A DNA stretch of 64,000 nucleotides. It comes from Octopus bimaculoides (lineage: Eukaryota). Location of the stretch: NCBI RefSeq assembly GCF_001194135.2, contig NC_068984.1, forward strand, positions 27,986,960 to 28,050,959, given 5' to 3'. Under the pieces are notes generated by a model. The model made no database searches. It had not been told where the DNA came from and was given only the letters and a program-made list of their open reading frames with translations. A program made the position numbers and the translations under genes. Positions 24,969 through 36,978 of this stretch are shown in pieces (position 1 is the stretch's first letter; the number at the start of each line of letters is the position of its first letter).

Positions 24969-27297
24969 TAGGGATACAACGTTTTTGCAACCCCATAATC
25001 CTGTATCATATTCTGACGAGCTTTGGCTTGAGAACAATGAAAATCAATTATTTTTTTTTGTATTCGATCAAAAACGCTCACACGTGGCTAACTTTGAAAT
25101 TTTTATACTCGGCTGCATTTGGGTGGATTTTCAAAAACTCTGGTTGAATAATAAACAAAAAAAAGGGGAAAGATCCAAAATGTTTAATCCAAACAGTAAA
25201 AAGAAGGCAAGTCATATAAAGTCATATAAAAGCAAATTAGTCGAGTTGCAGCAAGTCATTAGAGAGAATGAAACGCAATGGCAGGTTGGCTTTATTCTTG
25301 CATGTAGCGTGTAGTTCTTGCTTGACCTTAATTGCTCAATCGCAGTATTGATTGCTCCTGCTGATGTTTAGTTTTGATGGCACCTGTTTCCAGTGATTTG
25401 TCAAGCTTTTCAAACCAGTCTTGCTGAGTAGTAAGGCTTACGATAGCTCTGCATAATCTTCAGCCTTATACATTTGGTCACTGAACCAGTGGTCTACCCA
25501 GTCATATTAGTTGAACTGGCAGACCATCTATAATCTTTGTCTCACATGTGGCGTGAGGAAAAATCCAAGAAATGTTAAGATTTTTCACGAATTCCACCTG
25601 GCATTACTGATGTTCGGAAGGTACGGGTTAAGTGGAAGGTACGGGTTAAGTGGAACAGAAACTTCATATCATCTCTCCAGCCAGCTTGATCTTCAAAGAC
25701 ATGAGTTCCATTCTGGAAGGAGTCTTGAAGATCTTTATAACTTGTCAGGAGTTCTTTGACAAAAAAATATTCGATGTTGGGGGAATTGATTGCGCCTGCC
25801 AGCTCCTCATCCATAATAACGCGCAGGATTCTGTCTATGACATCGTGTTAGCAGCTCACAAATTGTGGCTTGTCATAGCCTTTTCTCAAGAACATTCTCT
25901 GAAGTCTAACCACTACTCAAATCTTTCGTCCTGTATTCACACTCGTCGTATCAGCAATAATCATTGAGATTGCACCCCACAAGTGAAATTCGTCCAAAAT
26001 GCTTTTCAGCAATGATCTCTTCTGCAATGGTCTCAGTCTTGCCATCACATACCTTCAGAGCAGCCAGCTTGATTTCGCTTGTTTCATTCTTGATGACAAC
26101 CGTTTGATATTCATTTCCGTCAATATGTTTACCATCGAAATGTTGCGTATCGATCACGTGTTTCTTCATTTCACCAGCTTTCTTGAAGAGTGCTTTGTAA
26201 ATACCTTGCTTTCTAGGAACTGGGATATCAATGCCCTCCTCTGACAACTGCTTGCAGATTTTCGTAACTTAGTTGGTAGAGACGTTTGTTCCAGTTACAA
26301 GTCTCGTACCAATTGCAGATTTGTTGTGCCTTCTTGTGGAGGAATAAGTGCCATCACTATCACTATCATTTTGATCAACTCTGTCATCTTCACCATAATT
26401 GTACTCTTCAATCTCTTCTTCTTCTTTAGAGTCACTGTCAGTATCCAGGGCTGTTGGGTCTGATAAAGAATGGGAGGCTTTAGTATCAGAGCATTTTCAT
26501 CTCTTGGTAGGATGAATAGTGTGCTTGCTTGCAGCTTTTCCCCTCGAACAGTCCACATTGCTCTTGCTTTGAAGTTGGATAGAGTACAGCTTTTTGTCAT
26601 CAGCAGTGAGTCATTCATTGGAAGAATGGACATTGGTGATATCGAACAATTCTAATGGCTCAAATTTCCCTTTCTTGGCACGTTTGTCATATAAATAAAG
26701 CAGATTTTGGGGCTTGGACCATATTGCTTGCTCGAAAATGATTGGAAAATTCAGCTTATTTCTCCACAGTAGTGTTTCTGCCTTTAATTGATTTCCCAAG
26801 AAACTGGTACCAACCAACAATCTACTCCTTGAGTGGCATTCGGCTTCTGCCTTTCCTACAGGCACATGAATGGGACTGGAACTGCACCAAATTTCTCCTC
26901 CATTTCTCCTTGTTCTTCTGAACAACTTCGATGCTTTTCTTGAATGACATACCACTAGCAGTCATGCAGAACTCTCACTGAAACCGAAACAATAAGTGTG
27001 AAAGAGAAAGAACTTAATTATTTGCTTCATAACAAAGCGTGATCACTCAGCAATACAATTTAATCACCACTGAAGTATTATAAATGCTAAAAATTTCTTG
27101 AAAGCCAAGAGTGCTATGCAACCTTGCTAATATTCAAATGAGGTTTGCATAAGAATACAAACACGGATTCATGGCTGAACTTTTTTTTAAAGACAGATCA
27201 AAAGTGAGTTCACTTTAGTTACATATACATAAAAGCTCATCTAAATATGATACAAGAAATTGTTTTTGAGGAAAAGAATTAAATAGTTTTACCCCTA
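24969..27297 (-). mobile_element. hAT-superfamily (hATm-like) DNA transposon, pseudogenised transposase
   Basis: Ends TAGGGATACAACG.. and revcomp TAGGGGTAAAACT.. (13/17), plus a subterminal inverted motif at 25002-25024 / 27232-27254 (20/23). Minus-strand fragments QHFDGK, IKLAALKVCDGKTETIAE, KPQFVSC*HDVIDRILRV (degenerate CxHH), GWRDDMKFL, LFDIT and IHPTKR. Confidence 0.75.
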
Positions 27298-27357
27298 ATG
27301 TACATACATATACGTATTATGTACATATAACATCATTTATAGCTGGGTGTGTATAGC

Positions 27358-27960
27358 GTCATCATCATCATCATCATCATCGTTTAACGTCTGCTTTCCA
27401 TGCTGGCATGGGTTGGACTGTTTGACTGAGGACTGGTGAGCCAGAGGCTACACCAGGCTCAATCTGATCTGGCAAAGTTTCTACAGTTGGATGCCTTTCC
27501 TAACGCTTTTACGTGCCACCGGCACGAGAGCCAGTCAAGCAGTTCTAGCAACGACCACGCTCAAAAGGTGTTTTTACGTGCTACCTGCATGGGAGCCAGT
27601 CTGGCGGCACTGGCAACGACCACGCTCGAATGTTGTTTTTCATGTGCAACCAGCACATGTGCCGGTAAGGCGACACTGGCAACGATCACGCTCGAATGAT
27701 GTTCTCACGTGTCACCAGCACGGAGTCAATCCGTGGCCCTAGCAACGATCATGCTCGGATGTGCTTTGAACGTTCAATTGGCACGAGTGCCAATCAGGCT
27801 GTACTGTCATCTGCCACGTCAGCGATTTTGATTTGTTTACACTTGCATCAATAGGTCTTCACAAGCAAAGTTCATTGTCCAATGAATGAGGGGTACTCAT
27901 AAGTGAGCTGGTTACACCCACTGACATAGGCCATGAGCTATGGTCTCACTTGGCTTGTCA
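27358..27960 (-). mobile_element. SINE family A with five ~65 bp internal units
   Basis: (CAT)n-cgtttaacgtc...catgctggcatgggttgga on the plus strand; unit cores at 27511, 27576, 27642, 27707 and 27770. Confidence 0.85.
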
Positions 27961-28294
27961 GATCTTAAGTGCAGCACAACACAGCTTATAACAATTATTT
28001 ATATTTGTACATGTACATCTATGCATTAGATTATTTGCATATATTAAACAAAAGAATGTACTACATAGCCTTGACATCTGCAGAATGACTAGCAAAATAA
28101 GTCCAACATCACCACACACACACCTCCATCCCCATATAACTACCATACCGTTCCTTCCTCTCTTTCCACCACCTTCCCCTCCTCCCCACCAAATACGCAC
28201 AGAAATATCCACATGATTCACTCAAACTTCATACTGGTGAAAAGGGATAAGAATCCCTCTTTTTGAACATCTATTAATATCATATCGCTTGAAG

Positions 28295-28405
28295 AATTTA
28301 ATCCATGAAGATGCTCAAACTAATGCCCATGGATACTACAGATTAAACTGCAGTCATCCTAGGAATACAGATTGTGATCATAAGAAACATGTGATTTGTG
28401 GAAAC
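28295..28405 (+). CDS. Candidate 111 nt symmetric exon (Cys-containing peptide)
   Basis: Acceptor tcgcttgaAG, frame NLIHEDAQTNAHGYYRLNCSHPRNTDCDHKKHVICGN, strong donor AAC|GTGAGT; phase 0-0. Confidence 0.25.
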
Positions 28406-28455
28406 GTGAGTATCAATGCATTAAATGTTTATAAATTCCATCCAAAGATTATTGC

Positions 28456-28456
<1 letters not shown>

Positions 28457-28540
<84 letters not shown>

Positions 28541-28570
28541 ATTATTAGTATTATTATTGTTATTATTATT
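28457..28570. repeat. Compound (ATT)n-(GTT)n-(ATT)n microsatellite
   Basis: Read directly. Confidence 0.95.
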
Positions 28571-28709
28571 ATATTACATTGATACAGCTCGATGCAACCC
28601 CCAAAAACTTGTTCACTAGTCAGCATCATTAGACTGTAACTAATATAATGGAATAGAAGCTTTATTTGCAGATTCAAAATGTTTCCTGTAAACAAATTTA
28701 ATATATATA

Positions 28710-28775
28710 CAGGGCTGGCTCAAGCTACTGGCAACTCAGGCAATTGCCCGAGGCACCATGTACTAGGGGCCGCAA
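28710..28775 (+). mobile_element. Solitary hAT-MITE-like end
   Basis: cagggctggctcaagctactggcaactcaggcaattgcccgagg resembles CAGGGCCGG-type hAT MITE termini; no partner end found. Confidence 0.35.
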
Positions 28776-29531
28776 GGAAGGTGCGACAAAGACAAGGAAA
28801 TTTCCATGACCGTGAGCTTGTACATGGCTAAGAATAAAAGTATAAAAAAACCACATTATTTATGGGATGACCCCATATATATATATACCCCAGTATGACT
28901 GCAGCTTTCAAGCTGAAACTATTAAAAGAGTTATATATATATTTGCACATGTGAGAGTGTCTGCATATCTATGCGTGTGCGTATGACACCCAGACATAAT
29001 CTCTAACACTTGATTATATGTATATAGTTTATCATTTCATATGACCTAAACTTCAATATTCAGAAACTATGACAATAAAACTTCCAAACATATATTTTTG
29101 TCATGACTCCATCATTAACAACTAAGCATAGCTAAAATGATTATAATGTAAACTTCAAGTGCTATCCATATAACTATTCCAAATATAATAGCCAGAATAA
29201 TGTCCTCATTATACACACCTCAAATTCTCATAACTACCGATAAGATAATCGGACTAATCATCTTATATAAGACAGAAGCTAAATTTTCAAAAACCTTATA
29301 AAAATTCATAAATGACATACGTCCTGCCTATAAATCAAAATTCATCAGTTTTAAAGCAACAATTTTCTGAGAACAATAGATTATTCTGCTTACCTAAATA
29401 TCTCATTGTAGAGGTTAAATATTTAAAAAATAACACACTATCGCTAATATAAAATACAAATTATACTTACAGAGCTAAAGACTAGATGCAATACCTATAA
29501 TTATATCCTATATAACATATAATAAACAAAT

Positions 29532-29633
29532 AGCTGCACGTATAGCTGTGTATTTAACAAGTTTGCTTTACAGCCATGTCATTCTGGTTTCAGTCCCACT
29601 GTGCAGCATGTTGGGTAAGTGTCTTCTACTATA
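29532..29633 (+). mobile_element. SINE family C head fragment
   Basis: gtttcagtcccactgtgcagcatgttgggtaagtgtcttctactatag. Confidence 0.6.
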
Positions 29634-29844
29634 GAATACAGTTGATCAATTTCTGAAAGCAAGGAATTTACAGAAGTCCTTTCATACACACACAGACATA
29701 TATACTCCGCTCTGTCTTTCTAACTGCCTCTCTCTGTTGTGCTATTTTTAGATGTTATCTCTTTAGTTACTGTCTCTACTGTTGCTACTACCTCATTCTT
29801 TTAATCTTTCTGTTTCTTGTGCCTTTCTCGGTTTTCTGTAACCA

Positions 29845-30260
29845 TGCCAGAGCACTAGCTGTCTGGCTTTCATGCCGGGGGCACGTAAATAGCACTATTT
29901 GAGCGTGATCGGTACCAACGTCACCTTCCTGGCACTTGTGCCAGTGGCACATGAAAAGACATTCAAGCAAGTTCGTTGCCAGTACCGCTGGACTGGCTCC
30001 TGTGCAGGTGGCACATAAAATACACCATTTCGAGCGTGGCCATTGCCAGTACCTCCTGACTGGCCTTCGTGCCAATGGCACGTAAATGCACCCACTACAC
30101 TCTCGGAGTGGTTGACGTTAGGAAGAGCATCCAGCTGTAGAAACTCTGCCAAATCAGATTGGAGCCTGGTATAGCCATCTGGTTCATCAGTCCTCAGTCA
30201 AGTCGTCCAACCCATACTAGCATGGAAAGTGGACATTAAACGATGATGATGATGATGATG
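29845..30260 (+). mobile_element. SINE family A
   Basis: Internal units and 3' region nearly colinear with 3730-4115; (GAT)n tail. Confidence 0.88.
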
Positions 30261-32151
30261 AGTCCCTACCCAGATGCTAATACTGCACCACCAGTCACAT
30301 GTCTTTTCACAACTCTGTTATCTTATCTTATGTCCTCTATTTATTGATAATCGTCGAATGACTCAAGTTTATTTTCCTCTCGGCTTTACAACGCACCATG
30401 TACAACCATTTTCCTTATACACCTAAAGGTTCCATATATCTCTGCTATTTTGGGAGGGTTTTTCCTGTTAACCTTTTGCAGTTGTTTTTGGTGTCATTTA
30501 TTCCATTTTTGCTTCTTTCCATTGTATCCTCAGCAACTTTAAAAGAAGCTTCTGACACAGCTCGATCAAGTAATTCTGTGAGATAGTGTTAACATTGTAC
30601 TGGCATCCATTTGACGGCTGACGAAGGGTGTGCTTTGTTTGTGTCCGTTTATTTTTCCTTATTTCATTTTTATGTTTCCCTGTACATTTTTTGTGCTATC
30701 ATTCTTTTTCATAGTTGTATACGTGTGCTTGTGTGCATATGTGTATGTATGCGTATATGTGTCTGTAGTGAAAATTGCTTATTATTACCTCGTATAAGGT
30801 TATCAAGTGATTACTGATATTAAAAAAGCATCATCCCTAAATGATTACTGTAAGCAGTTTCTACTGTATGCATGTGACTATATATGATTATGTGTGTGTT
30901 TGTTTGTATATATGTCTGTTTTTATGTTTGTCTGGGTGTTGAGTTACATATCTTTAAGCTACTGTATCAATAAACAGAATTTGATAGAATAAGAACCAAA
31001 GTAAGATACGTACTGAGAGCAATATGAGAGACTAAAGCGCCTTGTAGGTGTTCCTTTAATCCAGTGACGGCAACAAGTAAAAGAATATAAGAATTGCATA
31101 AACATATAAATAGATAGAACAATAAAAAAATAGCACGTAAATGTCTTTCTAAATTCTATCCATTCTTAACATATTTGCAGTTCATGTGCTACCTGTGTAT
31201 TTTGATTTGAAGTCTATCATGAAATATCTTCCTAATTATAAAATAGTAAGTGTTGTTGTTGTATCACATAGACTTAGATATTTGAAGTTATCATATTACC
31301 ACTGAGATTTTAAATTAAAGTATATTATTTTTTCTCTTTATTCATTGTTATTCAATCCATTGTTCTGTGTTGGCGTATATTCTTTTAGAATTGTAAATAT
31401 GCATCAAAATGAACAGCAGGGTACAAATCTTGTCGATGCAGCATCTGTTACTACATTACTTAGCACTTAGCATTTAAGAAGTACATGGACTAGAAACTGC
31501 ATTTGTTTATTTAAAACCCAGCCCAATTAACTGCATGTCTGTTAAACTTGTCACTGAAAGAGGTGGCACATTATAGGTAACTCTCTCAGCTTGCACCAAC
31601 TGGCAGTACTCAAGCATTCATCTACAGAACATCTATATATATCTATATATTTGTCTACCCATCAATCCATTCATCTAACTATGTATCTATACAAACATAT
31701 ATATGTATGTGTGGGTGAGAGAGAGAGTGGAAAAAAGAGAAAGAGAGTAAATTTTATTTATGTTTTCTTTCATATGATCTCCCTGTAGTTTAACTCATTG
31801 ACAACAAAATGATTTTATGTAATATGGCTTAACTTTAAGCTTGATTCTCTTATCAGCACTGAAATTTAAAAAATCTTTTTATATTTCTTCTTTGTTATCA
31901 TTTAGTAGCGTAATTACTTTCCTGTGTTCCAAAATTAGGCTTCAGTACAATATAATACTACTTTTGCTTTGCACTTTTACTTCTATTCCAGCATTTCAAC
32001 ACATTGTTATGTGAAACAATACTGGAGCAAAATATTCTTCTTCTTGGATACCCTTCCTACTATTACTTATTCAAGTAGGAAACAAGTTTCATAATTATTC
32101 ATAAGCTGACTGAATAGTTTAGAAAATGTCATTTCTCACTGCATGACATCT

Positions 32152-32595
32152 CTTTTTACTTTTTTACTCTTTTACTCTTTTACTTGTTTCAGTCATTTGA
32201 CTGTGGCCATGCTGGAGCACCGTCTTTAGTCGAACAAATCGACCCCAGGACTTATTCTTTGTAAGCCTAGTACTTATTCTATCAGTCCCTTTTGCCGAAC
32301 CGCTAAGTTATGGTGACGTAAACACACCAGCATCGGTTGTCAAGCGATGTTGGGGGGGACAAACACAGACACATAAACATATACACACACACATACATAT
32401 ACATATATATATATATATATATACAACTATAAGACGGGCTTCTTTTAGTTTCCATCTACCAAATCCACTCACAAGGCTTTGGTCAGTCCAAGGCTATAAT
32501 AGAAGACACTTGCACAAGGTGCCATGCAGTGGGACTGAACCCGGAGCCATGTGGTTGGTAAGCAAGCTACTTACCACACAGCCACTCCTACGCCT
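32152..32595 (-). mobile_element. SINE family C, near full length
   Basis: Plus strand reads (cttttact)n tail, 3' body, central CA/TA repeat, then head ...gcaagctacttaccacacagccactcct. Confidence 0.9.
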
Positions 32596-33467
32596 ATGTC
32601 AATTTTTAATTATATCTATTAATTCAGAGCACCCTCCCTTGTTTCAGCAAGAATTAATGCTTAGGATTGTGTTTGATATAGGTATGATTTTAGTTGATAA
32701 GACTTTTGTTAACAGCTTTAAGTATATTCCCCACTCCAACTTCTAAGTCTATGCTTTTCGTGCAGAAGGCATTCTTGGTAAACTTTCCTATGCTATTATT
32801 GTCCCATTGTTATTGCCTCCTTTGCTTGGTGGATTAACCTTCATCAGGCCTAGTTACACAGAAATGATGAAGGTTACTGTAATAAGAAACTGCTGGATAG
32901 AATAATTACAGAAGCATAACAAATTTAAACGTGACACATTACAAGAATATATTTACATATACTCTATGGAGTTGTACACTGAAATGCTGAAATATTAAGT
33001 TATCAAAGGAAAGGTTTCAATGTAGTACATTAGAAGTCAATTTTACATTCATTAATTACTTAACCTAGTTTGTACTTCTGAAAGCTTCTCTTTCTAATTT
33101 TCAGTAAGATAGGCTATGGATTGTAAAGTATGATGTCCGGTTAATGGGGATAATATTATGTTGTAAAATTTGAAGCTGTATAATATAATCCAGGATTCCA
33201 GACATACTTAACTAGATTGGTACCATTTCTGCAGGACAAAATGGCCATTTGCTTGTCTCATTACATAGCTCTTGACTACAAAAGATCTAAAGAAATTGAT
33301 CATCAAAAGAAAATTTCTTCAAATATGGGTGATGGCTTACTGTGAAAATGTATCCAGCGTTTTCTGGGGTATTTGAGGTTTCTTCAAAATATTTCAACAG
33401 CCATAGCACACACATACATGCACACACAATTACAATCACTCAGTCTCTTTTTCTTTTGTTCTCTCTC

Positions 33468-33502
<35 letters not shown>

Positions 33503-33659
33503 TATCAATGTATTCTTAATCACATACAATATCCCTTTCTCTCAGATACATATGTAAACATTTATACAATGTTTTACAGTTACACACATTTTCACACATA
33601 CAAACATACACAGTCATTTATATTCATACACACACATACACAATCACATAATACTAGAA

Positions 33660-33696
<37 letters not shown>

Positions 33697-33822
33697 TCAA
33701 CATNNNNNNNNNNNNNNNNNNNNNNNNNNNNNNNNNNNNNNNNNNNNNNNNNNNNNNNNNNNNNNNNNNNNNNNNNNNNNNNNNNNNNNNNNNNNNNNNN
33801 NNNNNNNNNNNNNNNNNNNNNN

Positions 33823-33853
<31 letters not shown>

Positions 33854-35564
33854 AAATAAAATGTACATAGCTTTATTAAGTTTTCAACTTATCTGATAAC
33901 TTTGTTTCAGATTTAAGCTTGCCATTTTGAAGGAATGTGCCAGAATAATTTCATTGTGAGCTGATACTTTGCCTAATATAATGAAACATTAGGCTCCAGT
34001 GTTCCTGGTTGTTCTACAAATTTCTAATATTGGTTTATCTCTTTCAATGAACTTTCATTCAATTGGATACATTGTCAGCTTTGAAATCTTACTCAAGTAA
34101 GCTTTGACAATAAGTACAACCTGATTAACCTATTCTTAAAATTCCTTTAATGCTTCCCAAAAAACAAATTTACAAATCTTATTTAAGATCTTATATAAAA
34201 AAAAAAAGAGAAAGAGAGAGAAAGGGAGAAAGGGAAATGAAATAACAGCAAATTTTTTTCGAAACTTATATATTTCTTCTAAGAGACATGCAATCAGTAA
34301 GACACAGTCTACAACACTGTACATATGTTAACACTTTATAATACATAAATACCCAGAAACAAAAGGATAATGATTTGGTGAAGTGGTTCCTTATATTGTT
34401 TAATCTCTTGATTTTAAAACTGTTGTCAATTGAATAGACTGAATAGCATTCATATCCTTTTACTAAGCACTGTTTTATATTCTTCTCTCTCTTATATAAC
34501 GCATTTCGTGATCAAGGATATAATTGACAACAGCTTGCATTTATGATAGTGAAAGTGTTATGGGATTGTTGATGTAACCTTAGCAGAACAAATATCACAA
34601 ATGTCATGAATATTTTTTGAAAGTATCAGATTTCGTGATAATATTTGCATCATCCACTGATACATATATATATGTATAATGCATCTGGTCAACCATGTGA
34701 TCACATGACCACGTGATATATATANNNNNNNNNNATATATATAAGAATATGAGGGTTTTAGTTCACTGGTGATCTAAACGAATAGGTCCACTGAGTAAGT
34801 GGTATAATTAGTTCGTAATTCGTTTCTGCAAACAAACTTCTGTGTGCTTTTACTGTGAAGGTTCTTGTTAAACAGTGTCGATTTTTACAATTCGGTAAAT
34901 AATAGTAATAGTATTTTAGGGTTAGGCTTAAAGCTTATAAGTGATCACCGTGCAATGACTAAAGAAAATAGTCTTATAAAGGGGCATATGAGCCCTCTGG
35001 GGTCTTGTGTTGTTTTCAAGGATGAAGCTGGCCGTGTCTAGTATGAAGGTTACAGTAAATCTACTTTTCTTTTTGGTTATAGCCAATACAGGTTAACTCT
35101 TATGGTTATGATATTTGCTCCACAGGTTCTTGATTTCAGATGCAATATTACTTTGCAAAACCTTATATAAGTGACTTCTACTGTAGGATTGAGTTTATTA
35201 AGGTCTTGTAAGTGTAACTGCCAAGTCAGATATCTTTGAGGTGATCTGTACTAGGTTGCTGAGGTACATCAGAAAGACTCCTAATGTGGAAAGTGTAGGG
35301 TTTTGATCCATTGCTGCTGATGTTTTTCTCGCCATTAAAGTGTTAAACTAACTCTAGATTAATCATAGTTCTTTCTGTTTCAGCCATTTTAATGTTCGTC
35401 TTCTTATCCTTTCATTTTGCATATGTTTATATATGTGTGTGTGTGTGTGCGTGTGTGTATTTATATATATATATATAAACACACACACATACATACTTAC
35501 AAACATACATACATACATACACATACACGCACTCAGAAGATCAAATGTCATTCCTGAGTTATAG

Positions 35565-35782
35565 GCTAAGGCAGGTTTCCCAGATTCTGTGGCATATATA
35601 CTCCCAACTGGATGGGATGCTGGTCCATTGTAGGATTACTCATATTTACCAGTTGAGTGAACTGGAGCAATGAGAAATCAAGTGTTTTGCTTCAGAACAC
35701 ACTACATCATCTTGGTCTGCGATTCGCAACCACAATTTTATGATCATGACTGTAACAGCCCACTACAAAGCCATGTGCCTCC
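35565..35782 (-). mobile_element. SINE family D (tRNA-like head, CORE-like central domain), decayed
   Basis: gagtgaactggagcaatgagaaatcaagtgttttgcttcagaacac...aaagccatgtgcctccac; homologous to 38702, 42232 and 58128. Confidence 0.7.
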
Positions 35783-35791
35783 ACACACACA

Positions 35792-35838
<47 letters not shown>

Positions 35839-36262
35839 GCAAACATACACAAACATACACACTCATGCATATATAAATATGTATATATCTGTGCGTGAAT
35901 GCATGTATTTATGTTTATACGTATACATCATCACTAATCTGAACAAGCAGGTGTATACAAGAAATAAATTAAGTCGAAAATGCAGATAATATGTATACAT
36001 AGATACATGCACGCACACACATACACACACACATATGCACACACTTAACACCTTCGCATTTTCTGATTTCAAAAGCGTATGTTATGTGGAGCTGTGTCAC
36101 AAATTCTAACTTTCCTGGCTTTTGTTCTAAAAGTCGTTTGTTTCTATAGAAGGAATGTGACTCAGATTGCTGTCAGTTGACTGATAACAGTCTGACAGCT
36201 CCACATAATGTAGTCTTTTGAAAATCAACAATTGTGAAAACCGGTCAAGTGTATCTACGTGA

Positions 36263-36301
<39 letters not shown>

Positions 36302-36775
36302 TGTCTGTCTGTGTGCATGTTTATATGAATATCTATCTATCCATTTATCTATCTATATATGTATGTATATATATATTCATATCTCTTATATCACAGACAT
36401 AACTATTGTTATATACTGGAGTTGTATTGTAATAGTCATCTTATCAGAATTTCTCCCTTATTTTGATATGGGCCCACATGTATTGGATACAAGAATTAAT
36501 AAAATTCTCATGATCGATTATCATCTTCTCTTATGTTATCTGTACAAGCCTTGTCTATGCTTGAGGTTAAGAAACTGTTTTTATCATTATCATTTTGATT
36601 TCACTGCTTTATTTTATATNNNNNNNNNNNNNNNNNNNNNNNNNNNNNNNNNNNNNNNNNNNNNNNNNNNNNNNNNNNNNNNNNNNNNNNNNNNNNNNNN
36701 NNNNNNNNNNNNNNNNNNNNNNNNNNNNNNNNNNNNNNNNNNNNNNNNNNNNNNNNNNNNNNNNNNNNNNNNNNN

Positions 36776-36828
<53 letters not shown>

Positions 36829-36911
36829 TACATGCATACATATAAAAGAGAGAGAGAGTGAGAGTGAGAGGGAAACAGTCAGAGACAGAGATGTAGAGAC
36901 AGACAGCTACG

Positions 36912-36912
<1 letters not shown>

Positions 36913-36976
<64 letters not shown>
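36913..36976. repeat. (GATA)n microsatellite
   Basis: Read directly. Confidence 0.95.

Positions 36977-36978
<2 letters not shown>

Noticed and set aside
27500-27800. Regularly spaced ~65 bp repeats, superficially CRISPR-like
   Set aside because: Whole units are homologous with no unique spacers, they sit inside a SINE in eukaryotic DNA, and there are no cas genes.
28222-28250. LKLHTGEK, resembling a C2H2 zinc-finger linker
   Set aside because: No Cys pair, wrong His spacing and an immediate stop; no zinc-finger array or protocadherin sequence seen anywhere in the window.
30430-30582. Minus-strand frame ELLDRAVSEASFKVAEDTMERSKNG
   Set aside because: Weak donor, unrecognised, and an alternative frame could equally be RTE debris.
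32500-32595. tRNA-like A/B-box heads of SINE C and D copies
   Set aside because: They are SINE heads followed by SINE bodies; no complete cloverleaf, so no tRNA gene is called.
32835-32876. Perfect 12 bp hairpin (taaccttcatca / tgatgaaggtta) within a hydrophobic frame VYAFRAEGILGKLSYAIIVPLLLPPLLGG
   Set aside because: A 12 bp stem is plausible by chance in 64 kb of AT-rich DNA; the donor is weak and the protein is not recognised.
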